From NCBI GenBank assembly GCA_964016885.1, contig OZ024753.1:6262001-6326000 (forward strand): 64,000 nucleotides of DNA, written 5' to 3'. Both the position numbers and the translations under genes were made by a program. Shown here piece by piece: positions 27,141 to 39,246 of the stretch. The notes under the pieces are model-generated. The model saw nothing but the letters and a program-made list of their open reading frames with translations. It searched no databases and had not been told where the DNA came from. Origin of the DNA: Eledone cirrhosa (taxonomy: Eukaryota). Within the stretch, counting starts at the first letter, position 1. Each line of letters starts with the position of its first letter.

Positions 27141-28376
27141 AGTAGAATAATGAAATTTTGTTATATAGGTGTGTATGTTGAAAAGTTATTTACAACAGAA
27201 AAGGTTTTAATTTTATTCGATAGGATTCGCAAAGTTCACTTCCTTTGTCTCGGCCATATTTAGTCTTGAAAATTCTCTTAGGCTTGAATAATTGAATAAA
27301 GATATACGAATGTCAGTAGAGTAGTTAAATAATTATATTGTGAGCTACACCTGTTGAAACAGCCCAGTTTCATTAAAGAATACGCTATTTTAAAAAAAAT
27401 TAAATTAATAATTTATAATTTAATCGTAGATTTCAAATATATGTGGAATTCACTGCTGGAGGGAATGTTTCTCAAAACTGTGCTCCATCAGCACTAAACA
27501 CTTTAAAGAAAAATATATATCATATGAATATATATGTGTGCGTCTATAAACATATATACATATAGAAAGAGAGAGAGTGGGAGAATATATCCAGACCTCG
27601 GCGCTAAGCAGTTTCGTCTTGGGTTTTCAAGCCCTTGAAAATGCTTGCTGTACAGACATTCTACATTTCACTAGGCTTTGAGCACTCCCATGAATAGTGG
27701 ACACACTGGTCTCAGCACCACATACTCTCTCTCTATCTCTCTCTCTCTCTCTCTCTCTCCTCCCTCTCTCCCCCTCCCCCCTCTCTCTCTCTCTCTATAT
27801 ATATATTTGTGAAGGACCATATAGTGGATAATAGTAATTTAAATATTTAATTTTGCATCACAAACATCAAACGCATATGCGGCGGTATTTGTTGTGTGGT
27901 ACAAACGTTCCATCCCCTTGGGTTGCGACCACCCTCCTTGTGAAGATGTTGGTGGCCGTATCCAGCTATATTTTCATGTCGTAGATATTGATGTCCCATT
28001 GTGTAACACAATGGGACATAAAACATCAATATATCTTCGATGATAAACATTTCTAACATGGCCTATTTATTATAACATCAAAATTATACATTTAATTAAC
28101 GCCTTTAGATTTTTGTAAAGCCCCAAATGATTTCACTCTGGATGAAGCTAGACTAATAAATGATTCCAATTTAGCAGCGAGGTAAAATATATGAAAGCGC
28201 CAAGCCTTTGCAAAGGGCATCACTATTCCTGTTAAATCAGAACGTTCTTATTTGAAAAAAAAAGGAAGAGACATTCGATAAAGCATTCCTCGATATAATA
28301 TACACGAAAAAAATGATAGTATTCTTTAGGTATATTCAAGAGATGTGAGTTCGATTTCTCTCAACTAGTATTTGGT

Positions 28377-28552
28377 AATAATTGTTTCTACTTTTGGTAC
28401 AAGCCCAGCAAATACCCAGTGCATTACTGGTACTTTATTTTATCGACCCCGTAAGGATGAAAGGCAAAGTTAACCTCAGCGGGATTTGAACTCAGAATGG
28501 CAAGGGCCGTAACTCCATACATCAAAGCATGGCGTCCGACCCTCTATCGATA
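28377..28552 (-). mobile_element. Dominant SINE
   Basis: Reverse-complement consensus match. Confidence 0.9.
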
Positions 28553-28794
28553 TAATGTGGTGAACATAATAGTTTCACGAGATAGGCAATCCAGCATTTT
28601 TGTCTACGATCAGAATTTAGAATTTAAATACCGTACAAGTCACTCTATCATTTGATTTTCGTGACTTTTTTTTTAATCGAGCTCAGCTGTCAAACGATCA
28701 TTTCCTAAATGTTCATGAGATTATTCTGCTTCTGTCAGGCAATATTTATATCTTGGAGGTGAGACTATATACAATAGAAAATAGTAACATGAGT

Positions 28795-28935
28795 AAACAT
28801 GAGAACGTCCGAGCCCCCACTGTCATCGCCTCCATCTCTCTCGCCCTCCCCATCTCTCTGTATGGTGAGCAAGTGGGGTCTCACGTGCTGGCCTCCCCAC
28901 AGCCCCGGTGGACAATGGCGAAGGCGTTTCCCGGT
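28795..28935 (-). mobile_element. CRE-family 3' end/3' UTR fragment (related pieces at 34885-35148, ~42095-42190, ~60645-60705)
   Basis: CCCACAGCCCCG(G)TGGACA...GAAGGCGTTTCCC is shared with 7911-7950. CTCCATCTC...CCATCTCTCTGTAT(A/G)GTGAG is shared with 34928-34961. Confidence 0.7.
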
Positions 28936-29115
28936 GTCTTCTTGTACTTCTTTTTCTAGAGGTCAGAATTGTTCCCATCGCCAGAAATAAAGCTACACTA
29001 CAATATATAGAACCAGAAATCTATAAATTTATAAATTTATAAATATATAATAAATTGAAGTGAAAGCAACTGGTGCGTGTGTTTCTTTATTGGCAACATG
29101 ACCCTCCCAAAGTAT

Positions 29116-29156
<41 letters not shown>

Positions 29157-29597
29157 TGTGTGCGCGTATAATATTGGCCACAATTCTTCTTGACGAGTGG
29201 TGACATGGGCATTGAGCAACAGAAACAAAGGATGATTGAAACAATTCGATTACTCATGCTAATAAACCACAACAAATAAAACTATTACTAGCTAGTGCCA
29301 ACATAAGATATCATTATAATTAGCGCTGACACATCAGCGAATAGATTCGGTATTTATTCACTTACTTCCAATACTTCACTAATTATTTCTCTGAACAATT
29401 TCCTATGGACTCTTGTAATAGAATAACAAGAGATATCACGCTTGCTACAAACTTTTGATTTTTTTTTTTCTCTAAACTCATAAATAAATCTTTGCACGTA
29501 AGATGTGTCAACGATCTAAGGCTCGTGTCTCGAATATTATAAATATATATACACGCATACATATGTATATACATACTCTTGCACACATACATATTTT

Positions 29598-29649
<52 letters not shown>

Positions 29650-29650
29650 A

Positions 29651-29787
29651 TTTAGGGTAGTAGAGTGGGTAATAGGAAAATGTTTGACCCCCGACGGCAA
29701 GCTCAAGCCGTTTCGACGGCTATTTCTGGACTGAAATAGCCGTCGAAACGGCTTGAGCTCTGCCGTCGGGGTCAAACAGTTTCCTAT
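29651..29787. mobile_element. Half-hammerhead PLE-like repeat with fold-back palindrome
   Basis: Arms 29672-29726 and 29733-29787, loop TGGACT. Each arm carries GAAACGGC-TTGAGCT(C)T-GCCGTC-GGGG(G)TC. Flanked by (TA)n. Confidence 0.82.
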
Positions 29788-30076
29788 ATACACACACATA
29801 TATATATATATATGTATATACATACATACTCTTGCACACACACACATACATATTTTTGTGTGTGTATATATATATATATATATATCAGAGCAAACAGCAC
29901 GGACACTCTATCTCAAAATTATTTTTGAAAAGCATTTAGAAATGCGCAGCCGGTAAAAACTTAAAAACTTAAAACCACAACTGAATACTAACCCATACAA
30001 TCACTAATACTCTTTTATTCCTAATTAAACCATTTTTCAACTGTGAACAATTTGTCAGCATTTTCTATTCCGTTTA

Positions 30077-30110
<34 letters not shown>

Positions 30111-30241
30111 GATAAATCTACCAAGAGTTTACGGTAGTGTCCAATCCGTATGAAGAACTCAATGTATTCCGGATATCATGGAAAGAAGAGATGTAATGAA
30201 AAACCACTTTCGGTGAAAGATAAACGGTATACAGAGTCAAG

Positions 30242-30627
30242 ATAAAATATTAAACAAATAATGAATAAACAATTCCTTATATTAAACAAAAAAAGTTCAT
30301 TATTTAACGATCGTTTCTAGGATATATATGTGTTATAATTGGTATGCATATTCAACAGATCTATGTACAAAATTATACAAAATTATACAAATTATCAAGA
30401 TTAAATATACATACCAAACACATTATTTCTGAAGACGGCGTATATATGTGTTTGGTATGTATATTTAATCTTGATAATTTGTATAATTTTGTATAATTTT
30501 GTACATAGATCTGTTGAATATGCATACCAATTATAACACATATATATCCTAGAAACGATCGTTAAATAATGAACTTTTTTTGTTTAATATAAGGAATTGT
30601 TTATTCATTATTTGTTTAATATTTTAT
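30242..30627. repeat. 182-bp-arm inverted repeat (PLE-type inverted terminal duplication)
   Basis: 30242-30423 reads as the reverse complement of 30446-30627 with no mismatch I could see; the 22-nt spacer contains CTGAAGA. Confidence 0.93.
30421..30571 (+). ncRNA. Type I hammerhead ribozyme motif with very long stem II
   Basis: Stem I CATTATTT/AAATAATG; CTGAAGA 30429-30435; ~116-nt stem II region (TATATATGTGTT/AACACATATATA, TGGTATGTATATT/AATATGCATACCA); GAA + palindromic ACGATCGT + T (T30563). Confidence 0.8.
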
Positions 30628-31692
30628 ATATATATATATTTAGGAATTTCCTGATAATTTCGTTCGAATGAAACAGTTCTCGTCCCGTAGAAGCCATTTA
30701 TATATTAAATGTTATTGATTATGCTCTAGTAATGTATTGAGAACCTTACTGGTTGTGGTTACCCCCTATTGAACACGGGACTCACACACTCACACACCCA
30801 CACACACACACACACACACGCACGCACACACTTTCTCTGTATGTTTTGTCTTTAATCTAAACTTTGCTTACAATGCTATATTCTCAATAGATTATAACTA
30901 AATATAATTTGTATGAATGATGATCTGTGAAATACGAAAGCGTACTAGAAAGAATATTAGTTTGATAGATATTCAAACAGCTGCGTGTTAGTGGGGGCAA
31001 GATGCTGTCCAGCCCACCTTCTAGGGAAAAAATCAGATAAAGAGAGTTAACTTAGGGGGCTTTATAGAAAAACAGATAGAATATTGTTTTACACTGTTTA
31101 TGTTAATATTCCATATTGCTAGATATATAGAAATAGCAGGAATGAACGAACCTGGAAAAATAAGGGTTAAAAACATGTGGCTTTCTTCAGGATAAATAAG
31201 AGTGAGATTTATTAAAATTTTCATAGAAATTGAGAGTTCCTAGAGCTTTTTAGGGCGTGGCAACTGTGGTGTACGTGTGTAGGATACATGGGAGTAGAGG
31301 GCTTATTCGATTAGATGGACTCAGTCGATTGTAGAATATATTTGAATATGGATATAAGGACGTGGATCCGGGCGATTTTTACAGTGCAACAAATAAATTT
31401 ATACCACGCCACAAATCGACCCTCAGATTCAGTGATCTTCCAGCTTTGGGTAATTTTTGCGGAGTAGGATAAACAGTAAGACTATATATATATATATATA
31501 TATATTCCATTTCAGGTAGACGCGCTCCATCATCCACTTTTCTAAAAAATAAATCATACACAAAACGCCAGCATCAACAGTTTTCCAAGCGATGTCAACA
31601 TGGATGGACCTGTTATTTTTATCTAAAGAGATTTTTTTTTTTTTAAATTCCACCCCACCCGTCCCATTCAATCTTTCTAATTTCCCATTCTT

Positions 31693-31728
31693 TCTTCTGG
31701 TGAAGGACTTGCGTCCGAAACGTTAAGA
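31693..31728 (+). ncRNA. Minimal hammerhead motif with a mutated core (CTGGTGA)
   Basis: TCTT-CTGGTGA-A-GGAC-TTGC-GTCC-GAA-ACGT-T-AAGA. All stems pair, but core A6 is G, so it is probably inactive. Confidence 0.65.
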
Positions 31729-31806
31729 CCCTCTTCCTGTTATTTCAAGCGTTAACCTTATATATTCGTTCCATTTACTGTACCGACTGTGTTATTTCTG
31801 TTTACC

Positions 31807-31838
<32 letters not shown>

Positions 31839-32183
31839 CACACATACAGAGAGAGAGAGAGAGAAGGCGCGTTGTGCCTCCACAAAGGTAGACCAACGAT
31901 GCTTCCAATGTTTGTACGATTGCATTTTCGGGAATTCTTTCTACACACCAGGCCTGTTGGTCTGTAAACCTGGTCCTTTGCAGTGAATTATTCAATTCAT
32001 TTGGTTATTATTATTTGAATGATGCATAGAAACACTTGTAGAGCACTAAATGATTTAAGGAGGTTTTTCTTCTTATGTGAATTTATTATATATATATATA
32101 TATAGTAATAATAATAAATTTCAGAAGATCCCGTTAAGGTTGAAAGCAGCGATTCTTTGCTTAAACTTTAATCTGTTATTTTA

Positions 32184-32261
<78 letters not shown>

Positions 32262-32264
<3 letters not shown>

Positions 32265-32385
32265 GAAGGCGTGTGGCTGAGTGGTTAGAGAATTGGATTC
32301 GCAATCGTAAGGTTGTGAGTTCGATTCCTGGACCAGGCGATGCGTTATGTCCTTGAGCAAGACACTGTATTTCACGTTGCTCCTT
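32262..32385 (+). mobile_element. CORE-type tRNA SINE, 5' part
   Basis: GTGGCTGAGTGG A box, GAGTTCGATTCC B box, GTCCTTGAGCAAGACACTGTATTTCACGTTGCTCC. Confidence 0.82.
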
Positions 32386-32628
32386 CTACCTGGAGTTGCG
32401 ACCGATAGATAGTATTAGCAATTGGAAAGACCAACGGAAACATTGTTCCCTCGGTCCGATTTGACGAAAGTCGATCGTCTTCTATATATATATATATGCA
32501 AAAGTTCTATTTAAAATTGTTGGGATACAACAAGTAAATATTTTTATAACTGATATAAAGCACTCAACAAATATTTGGAGTAGATATACGATATTAATTA
32601 ATGGAAACTATATTTATAAAACCATATT

Positions 32629-32693
32629 TATTTCATTATACATATTTCAGGGATACCAAATTAAATTATGGTATGCCTTCATCAGACAAAATA
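32629..32693 (-). ncRNA. Hammerhead motif of the AT-rich PLE-like family (degenerate)
   Basis: Minus strand TATTTTGT-CTGATGA-AGGCATACC...GGTATCCCT-GAA-ATATGTAT-A-ATGAAATA, in the same flanking context as the 51.8- and 52.5-kb copies. Confidence 0.65.
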
Positions 32694-32819
32694 CAATATA
32701 TAACAGTTTTACAAATAAGCTTTGACGTACCCTATTAAAATGCAACCATTGTTTTTGGAAGCCATATATATATATATATATATAATCAAACATTAATATG
32801 GTTCATTGATGTTTGATTA

Positions 32820-33006
32820 GGCAGTGGATTGGCAGTATCGGTAGAGGGTCGGACGCCATGCTTTCCAGCATAGTTACGTCCCTTTACAATCTGAGTTCAA
32901 ATCCCGCCGAGGTTGACTTTGCCTTTCATCCTTACGGGGTCGATAAAATAAAGTACCAGTAATGCACTGGGTAATTGCTGGCCTTGTGCCTAAAGTAGAA
33001 ACAATT
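32820..33006 (+). mobile_element. Dominant SINE, full length, with 19-bp target-site duplication
   Basis: Near-consensus body. ATTAATATGGTTCATTGAT at 32792-32810 and 33004-33022. Confidence 0.93.
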
Positions 33007-34364
33007 AATATGGTTCATTGATTACTCAATGAATATAGTTTTATAATAGATTAAAAGCACTCTCAAAAAGGTTCTCTGGAGTTATTAATATTATTCAAAA
33101 TATTAATAAATGAAGTCATAGTTTAATAAAAGAAAACATAATTTGATGATGTGAATGTCTTCATTTATTAATATTTTGAATAATATATATATATATTTAT
33201 ATATATTTATATATATATATATATGTATGTATATATAATTATTCTTTACTTAGGATTTAAACTCATAATCAATTCTATTATCAAATAGATTATCATTCTC
33301 TGGTGTTTCCTTATGAGTTGATTTGATCCTACATTAATGTCAAACGTTTATGAGTTTATCGTGTAAATATCGTCCAACATTGAAATATTATCAAGTTTAG
33401 TATCAACCATAAACCGAAACTCCCACCGAAAAAGAATGAAAATCATACTAAAGAATGGTTTGGATTTTTATGTGGTCATTTCTACCATTAATAGATGTTG
33501 GTAACAATCAACAAATAACTTACCATCAACGTACATCAGTACTACAATTACTTGCGGAAAGAAAAAAAAAATGCACAAAGTAAAACTACAAAACACGAAC
33601 ATAAATAATAACTATTATCAATAATAATAAATTTGATAACCAAATGACCATCAGTTACAGCAACGAAGAGAAGTGAAAATCAAAGATGAGATTTGACATA
33701 AACACATCTTTTGATTTTCCTTTTTTTTTGTTGGTCTTTCGGTTTATTTGTATAATTTTTTCATTGTTTCTTCCCTGTTTGTCTATTCTTGCAGCAGTAT
33801 GTCATCGGACAATTTTTTTCTTTCCCCTTTCTCATCCTTTAATAACCAAGTCTGTTAAAATTACGTGTTTGTCTCGATACGTGACGGGTAGCTTCAAGCA
33901 ATTTCTGTAGGAATTAAATTGAATATTGGCCTCATAAATCATTACCGATATCATACCTGAACACTACTGGTCAATGTTTCAAATTTATTATCTTTCAATA
34001 ATAATCCCTGTTAAAAGCTTTCAAAGTGTTGTCATATTTCATTATTCTGCTCTTTCTTTTATTTCTACTCTCTCTCACATCTTTCCTATTATTCATGTTC
34101 TTGTTGTTATTTTTCACTTACTTTGTTTTTGTTTTTTCCTATTTATTCCCCTTCCACTTCCTCCCATAATTGTTATTTTATTTCTACGTTGTTTATTTGT
34201 TGTAGGTGTTATTGTTTTCCTTTGTTGTCTCCCTTCCCCCTCCTCTTCCATCTTCCCCCTCCACGTCCATCTTCCTCTTCCATCTTCCCCCTCCTCTTCC
34301 ATCTCCTCTTCCATCTTCTACTACTACCACTGCTACTATTACTACTGCCACAACTACTACTAAT

Positions 34365-34525
34365 AATAATTTTCTACATTTTGGCACAAGGCCAGCAATT
34401 AATCCAGTTCACTACTGGTACTTTATTTTATCGACCTTGTAAGGATGAAAGGCAAGGCTAACCTCGGCAGTATTTGAACTGAGAACGTAAATGGCCGTAA
34501 CTCTATGCCGCAAAGCAGTGCGTCC
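34365..34525 (-). mobile_element. Dominant SINE (partial)
   Basis: Reverse-complement match to the central domain and tail. Confidence 0.82.
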
Positions 34526-34529
34526 CATG

Positions 34530-34738
34530 AATATAATAGAGTATATAATAGAGTATATAACATAGTATATCATAGAGAGTATATAATAGTATATAATAGA
34601 GTATATAACAGAGTATATCATAGAGAGTATATATAATGGAGAATATATATAATGGAGAGTATATGATAGAGAATATAGGAGAGAATATATATATAATAGA
34701 GAGTATATAATAGAGAATATAACAGAGAATATATAATA
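34530..34738. repeat. 12-bp minisatellite (GAGTATATAATA-like)
   Basis: Degenerate tandem units read directly. Confidence 0.85.
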
Positions 34739-34884
34739 AAACAACGAAATTAATTTATGTCTAATGAAATAATCAAGATGAGATTGAATACTGAAAAAGT
34801 GAATGTAACACGATTCTACAGATTGGAGGAAATTCAATAAGTAATTGATAAAATGTCACGAAGCAGTCGATACATAATTGAAGT

Positions 34885-35148
34885 ATATGGTCCAAACGTG
34901 GAGGAACCGACCTCTCACTGTTATCGCCTCCATCTCCCTCTCCATCTCTCTGTATAGTGAGTAAATGGGGTCCCACATGCTGACCTCCCCACAGCCCCGG
35001 CGGACAGAATAGAGAAGGCGTTACCCTGTAGGATGGTTAGGGTAAGGGTTAGGGTAAGGGTTAGGGATGTGTTGGAAGAGCCATTTCAACTCGCGAGGCT
35101 CAAACCTGCTGCTGGCCAGTTCAGCGCCTATGGTGGTGAGTAGGGAAA
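34885..35148 (-). mobile_element. CRE-family 3' end with an internal telomere-like hexamer run
   Basis: Colinear with 7905-8047 except for GGTTAGGGTAAGGGTTAGGGTAAGGGTTAGGG at 35035-35066. Confidence 0.8.
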
Positions 35149-36465
35149 GTAGGGAAAGAGTATTCAATTGTAAGAAAGTCGCTTTTAGCAGAATCATAAG
35201 TCGGTGGGGAAAATCATTTCATGCTCTTCTTTCAAATGCCCGTGAGTTTCATGTGGCCTTTACGTCTTCCTAGCTCAGATGCTGAAGTAATATGGTTGTT
35301 TCCTCAATTTGTTTAAACATACATTGATATGTACGGATCAGACCTGTGGTGAAAACAGATTTCATCTATGTTCATGCATTTTCTTTCTCAGATATAGTGA
35401 AGGGTTAAGTTCATTATCTAATATCCATTTTAATGATGGAAGATTGTAAACGCGGTGATATTTGGTTGCTTATTCCAGTGAAAAACGTAAACACGTTTCG
35501 ACACATTTGTCTTAAACGAGTAATCATTGTCATGCTTGTTCATATAATGGCCGGCGCCACGTCCAGCAAATTGTGTATCAGTTGCTGAAAATATATATTA
35601 ATAATATTGTATGGTGATGATGGTGAAAGTAAGGGCGTCATATATCACCAAATATAATGTATTTGTCAACATTTAGAAGCCTTAATATTATATCTTCTCA
35701 GATTCAATCAGTTTTAAATTGGCCACACATCATATGCTCGGTAAAATAAGTATTAGACCTGAAATGAAGATGATTCCATCGACGACTCTATCGTGCAAGT
35801 GTAAATTGTTGGTCTTTTATCAAACGTAAAAAATCAATATCTGTGTTTTTCTTCTCTTTAATAAAACCTTGCTCGAAACATAATTAGTTTATCGTGCTAC
35901 GAAGAATTAGAAGTTAATTTCGTGTGATTGTTAACTCAACTTGTCAATGTAAATTACAAAATTATCACAGCTCTAACGCTCTTGTTATCTTCCTCTTTCA
36001 AAGCACCTGTACTTTCAGAATTAATTGCAAGAGAAAGAGAAATGCTGCGATGTAAATCTAAACTGATATGTACTTTAACGTTGAGGGGAGTTTTCCAAAA
36101 GAAGACAAAAACAATTAATAGTAAAATCTAAACGAAATATTCAGGGGGGAAATGATTCTACAAAATATATTGATCAACTAATACAATGTGAAATGAAAAC
36201 GAGTGCATGTACCATAACAGTTTATAATTCATTTAGGTGACTGTGTACGTATTGTGACATGAGATTATGATCGGGTAGTATAAAGGAATGTAGTAGTGTA
36301 TAAGGAACGAATGTGCAAACTAATGAATTTATATCAAGTATAACGCAACGTATTTTTAATTTGGAGAAATAGCAATAAGTACAATTACTAGAGTTGAAGT
36401 CATAACAGCTGAATTGAAATGTCATACGTAGTGATGAAATTCGTTTCAATTCTCTACTATTGGCA

Positions 36466-36660
36466 ATTAATTGTTTCTACTTTTGGCACAAGGCCAGCAA
36501 TTACTCAGTACATTACTGGTACTTTATTTAATCGACCACGTAAGGATGACAGGCAAAGCAAACTTCAGCGGGATTTGAAATCAGGCGGTAAAAAGCCATA
36601 ACTCTATGCTGCAAAAAAGCATGGTGTCTGAAGCTCTACCGACACTGCCAATCCACTGTC
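36466..36660 (-). mobile_element. Dominant SINE
   Basis: Reverse-complement consensus match, moderately diverged. Confidence 0.85.
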
Positions 36661-37095
36661 TTCAAATGTAACGAAATAATATGGGCTGACATATCATGAG
36701 AGTTTACGTTTAATACAAACAAATAATTATTTCATATTAATGAATTATAGTAAACTATGTACATTTTTATTTGACGAAATATGTGAATGTTAACATCTTG
36801 TTGCAACACGTTGGACAAGAATGAACACGGATACGCATTTGTATAGAGACAAACTCAAGTTGTGTACTGAAGATGACAAACGACCAGAAACCTTGTGGCA
36901 GTAATTACACGGATTTTTCAAAATACTTTTTGTGAGATTCGGATGAGAAAGGAAAACGCCAAGACAAAACTATATTAAACTAAATAATTTAAAATCTAGC
37001 GTCAGTCTAGATGGAATCTGCTTAAACGCCTGGCTTTCAGTTGGTCGACAACAACAGTATCTGAGGCGTTAGATTAATATATATATATATGTGTT

Positions 37096-37269
37096 TGTGC
37101 TTAAAAATAAGAATTCAAAGAAAGTAAGAATGGAGGAAGTTCTCCTCATCAGATGTCTGCTGGGGGTCTCAGATATTTCTACGTAGAAATATCCGAGACC
37201 CCCAGCAGACATCTGATGAGGAAAACTTCTCCCGTTCTTGCTTTCCTCTTATTCTTATTTTGAAGCACA
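37096..37269. repeat. Loop-less ~87-bp-arm palindrome with hammerhead-like motifs
   Basis: Centre TTTCTAC|GTAGAAA (37182/37183). Inner ~39 bp nearly perfect, outer arms diverged. The right arm contains GAAATATC and CTGATGA. Confidence 0.88.
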
Positions 37270-38344
37270 CCTTATCTAGCGACTACACAGCCAATTCTTT
37301 TCCTCATATATTATATATTATATATATATTATATATATTTATATAAGGATATTTTTACAGACACGCATGCATTTAATATAATTCTGAAATCGAAATTGCA
37401 TCAAATATTTATGGCAGATTTGGGAAAATAAATCACCAGTCCAAACAATACTATAGGCTGCTAATTAATTTCCCTCTCCCTATTGTTCCTCATATGGCTT
37501 TAGTAAACAATGTGTTATGTAATACAGCTCCTCACAATGGTAAGACGCATTTGTTAAACATCACGGCCATAGATGAAATCATAACCTATTAGATGAAGAA
37601 ACAAATATAAGATATTACGAATTCTTAGACATCAATACAGTTGACAAAGGGCACCAGAGACAAATGAAAGAGACGCTTCTGGTGGGATATTATGTGACAA
37701 AAGATTTAATACTGGAATGAAAGCTGAAAGCAAATGAAAAATACTAATCGGCTTCAACAGATTTCGTCTTAGTAATACGTTATCCTAATGATATTCTGAA
37801 GTGAAATCCAAACGATCTTGCAAGTCAGCTCAACAAAATAAAGAATAATTTATTCGGAAAATGCCACATAATACATGTAACATATTATATTATGAATACG
37901 GAGTATTTGGTTGTCTTTAAGAAACAGTTCATTGTATATGTTATCGTAATATACAAAATAGTTTAGCATAGAAAGTGGAAGCATAAAGTATGAAAAATAA
38001 TTTTTGTGAAAAAAGAAGAATAAAATGAAACATATGAGATAAAATGAACCTCGTCGTCATTTACATATTAACAACAATGGTACAATTAAACGACGTATCT
38101 GTAAATAGAGTATTAATATAAGGAGGTTAAGAGAAATTGTTTGACAATATTGTAACAGATCAAAACCGAGAAGCAAAATAAATCAGGAAGATCAATATAA
38201 TATTTCTTTCGAATTTTTTAACAATAAAGTTTCTGTAGTTTAATCTAGTAAGATTACATACACAGAATTGACAAAAAGATATCTCATATGAACGCTGCAC
38301 GAAGCATCTTCCTACTTACTCAGCCACGTGGTGCTCTCAACAAC

Positions 38345-38680
38345 CAGCTCCATGCGTTCCCAGTAGTGCTATCTTTTGTATGCTCTGTATATTTGTAAGT
38401 TCTGGGGTTTTGGTATTACTCTGTGTGTGTGTTTTTGTTATTGTAGGTATTGTTTCTGTTTTCATTTGGAATATTCGAGTAATTTCTACCTCTAGATCTT
38501 TACATTTGGAGAGTTTCTCTATTTTCTTGGAAGATATATTGTCGTCTGCGGGGATAAATACATCTATTAGAGGCATTATTTTCCTTTTTAGACTATAATA
38601 TCTGGTCGGTTGGCTTTGATCTCTATGTCTATGTATTGGCATATCCCAGAGAATCGTAACTTTCTCATTCTCTGACACTT
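38345..38680 (-). pseudogene. R4/Dong-like restriction-like endonuclease remnant
   Basis: ENEKVTILWDMPI..IEIKANRPDIIV..IDVFIPADDNISSKKIEKLSKCKDLEVEI..IQKIALLGT (PD..D and K..KY.DL motifs). Confidence 0.82.
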
Positions 38681-38723
38681 TTTTTGTGTATTATTATTAT
38701 TATATTTATTATTGTTATTTAAA

Positions 38724-38915
38724 GGGCGGTGGATTTGCAGTATCGGTAGAGAGTCGGACGCCATGCTTTCCAGCATAGTTACATCCCTTTACGGTCTGAG
38801 TTCAAATCCTGCCGAGGTTAACTTTGCCTTTCATCCTTACGGGCTCGATAAAATAAAGAACCAGCAATGTACTGGGTAATTTCTGGCCTTGTGCCTAAAG
38901 TAGAAACAATTATTA
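38724..38915 (+). mobile_element. Dominant SINE, full length
   Basis: Consensus match from GGGCGGTGGATT to GTAGAAACAATTATT. Confidence 0.92.
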
Positions 38916-38917
38916 TT

Positions 38918-39240
38918 CGTAACGCGAACCATAGCCAAAGAAACTTTGGGCCGTACCTCCTTCAACTTTCCGATACCATTCTTAGAATTCATGCCGTTCC
39001 TAGCCAAGCTGTTTTCTACAACAATCCCGTCTTGTTGGTAGTTCCTAACTTCCGTAGCTATCCATCCAAACTTCTACCAACTGCTCCCAGTCCACAATTG
39101 GTACCACTTCTACGTGTCCGATTCTCCAAAGTTTGCTGATTTTTCTCTTTAGCTCCTGATATTTCTCAACTTTATCAATTTCCTTCTCATTCACCCGCTG
39201 ATACCACAGTGAAGCAATATCCGCAATACATGCCTTGTTA
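38918..39240 (-). pseudogene. Second R4/Dong-like endonuclease/3'-end remnant
   Basis: ACIADIASLWYQRVNEKEIDKVEKYQELKRKISKLW..VEVVPIV..KTAWLGTA*ILRMV. Confidence 0.72.
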
Positions 39241-39246
39241 TAATAT

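Noticed and set aside
30960-31380. Possible further decayed PLE ORF on the minus strand
   Set aside because: Only vague motif resemblance and many stops; not defensible by eye.
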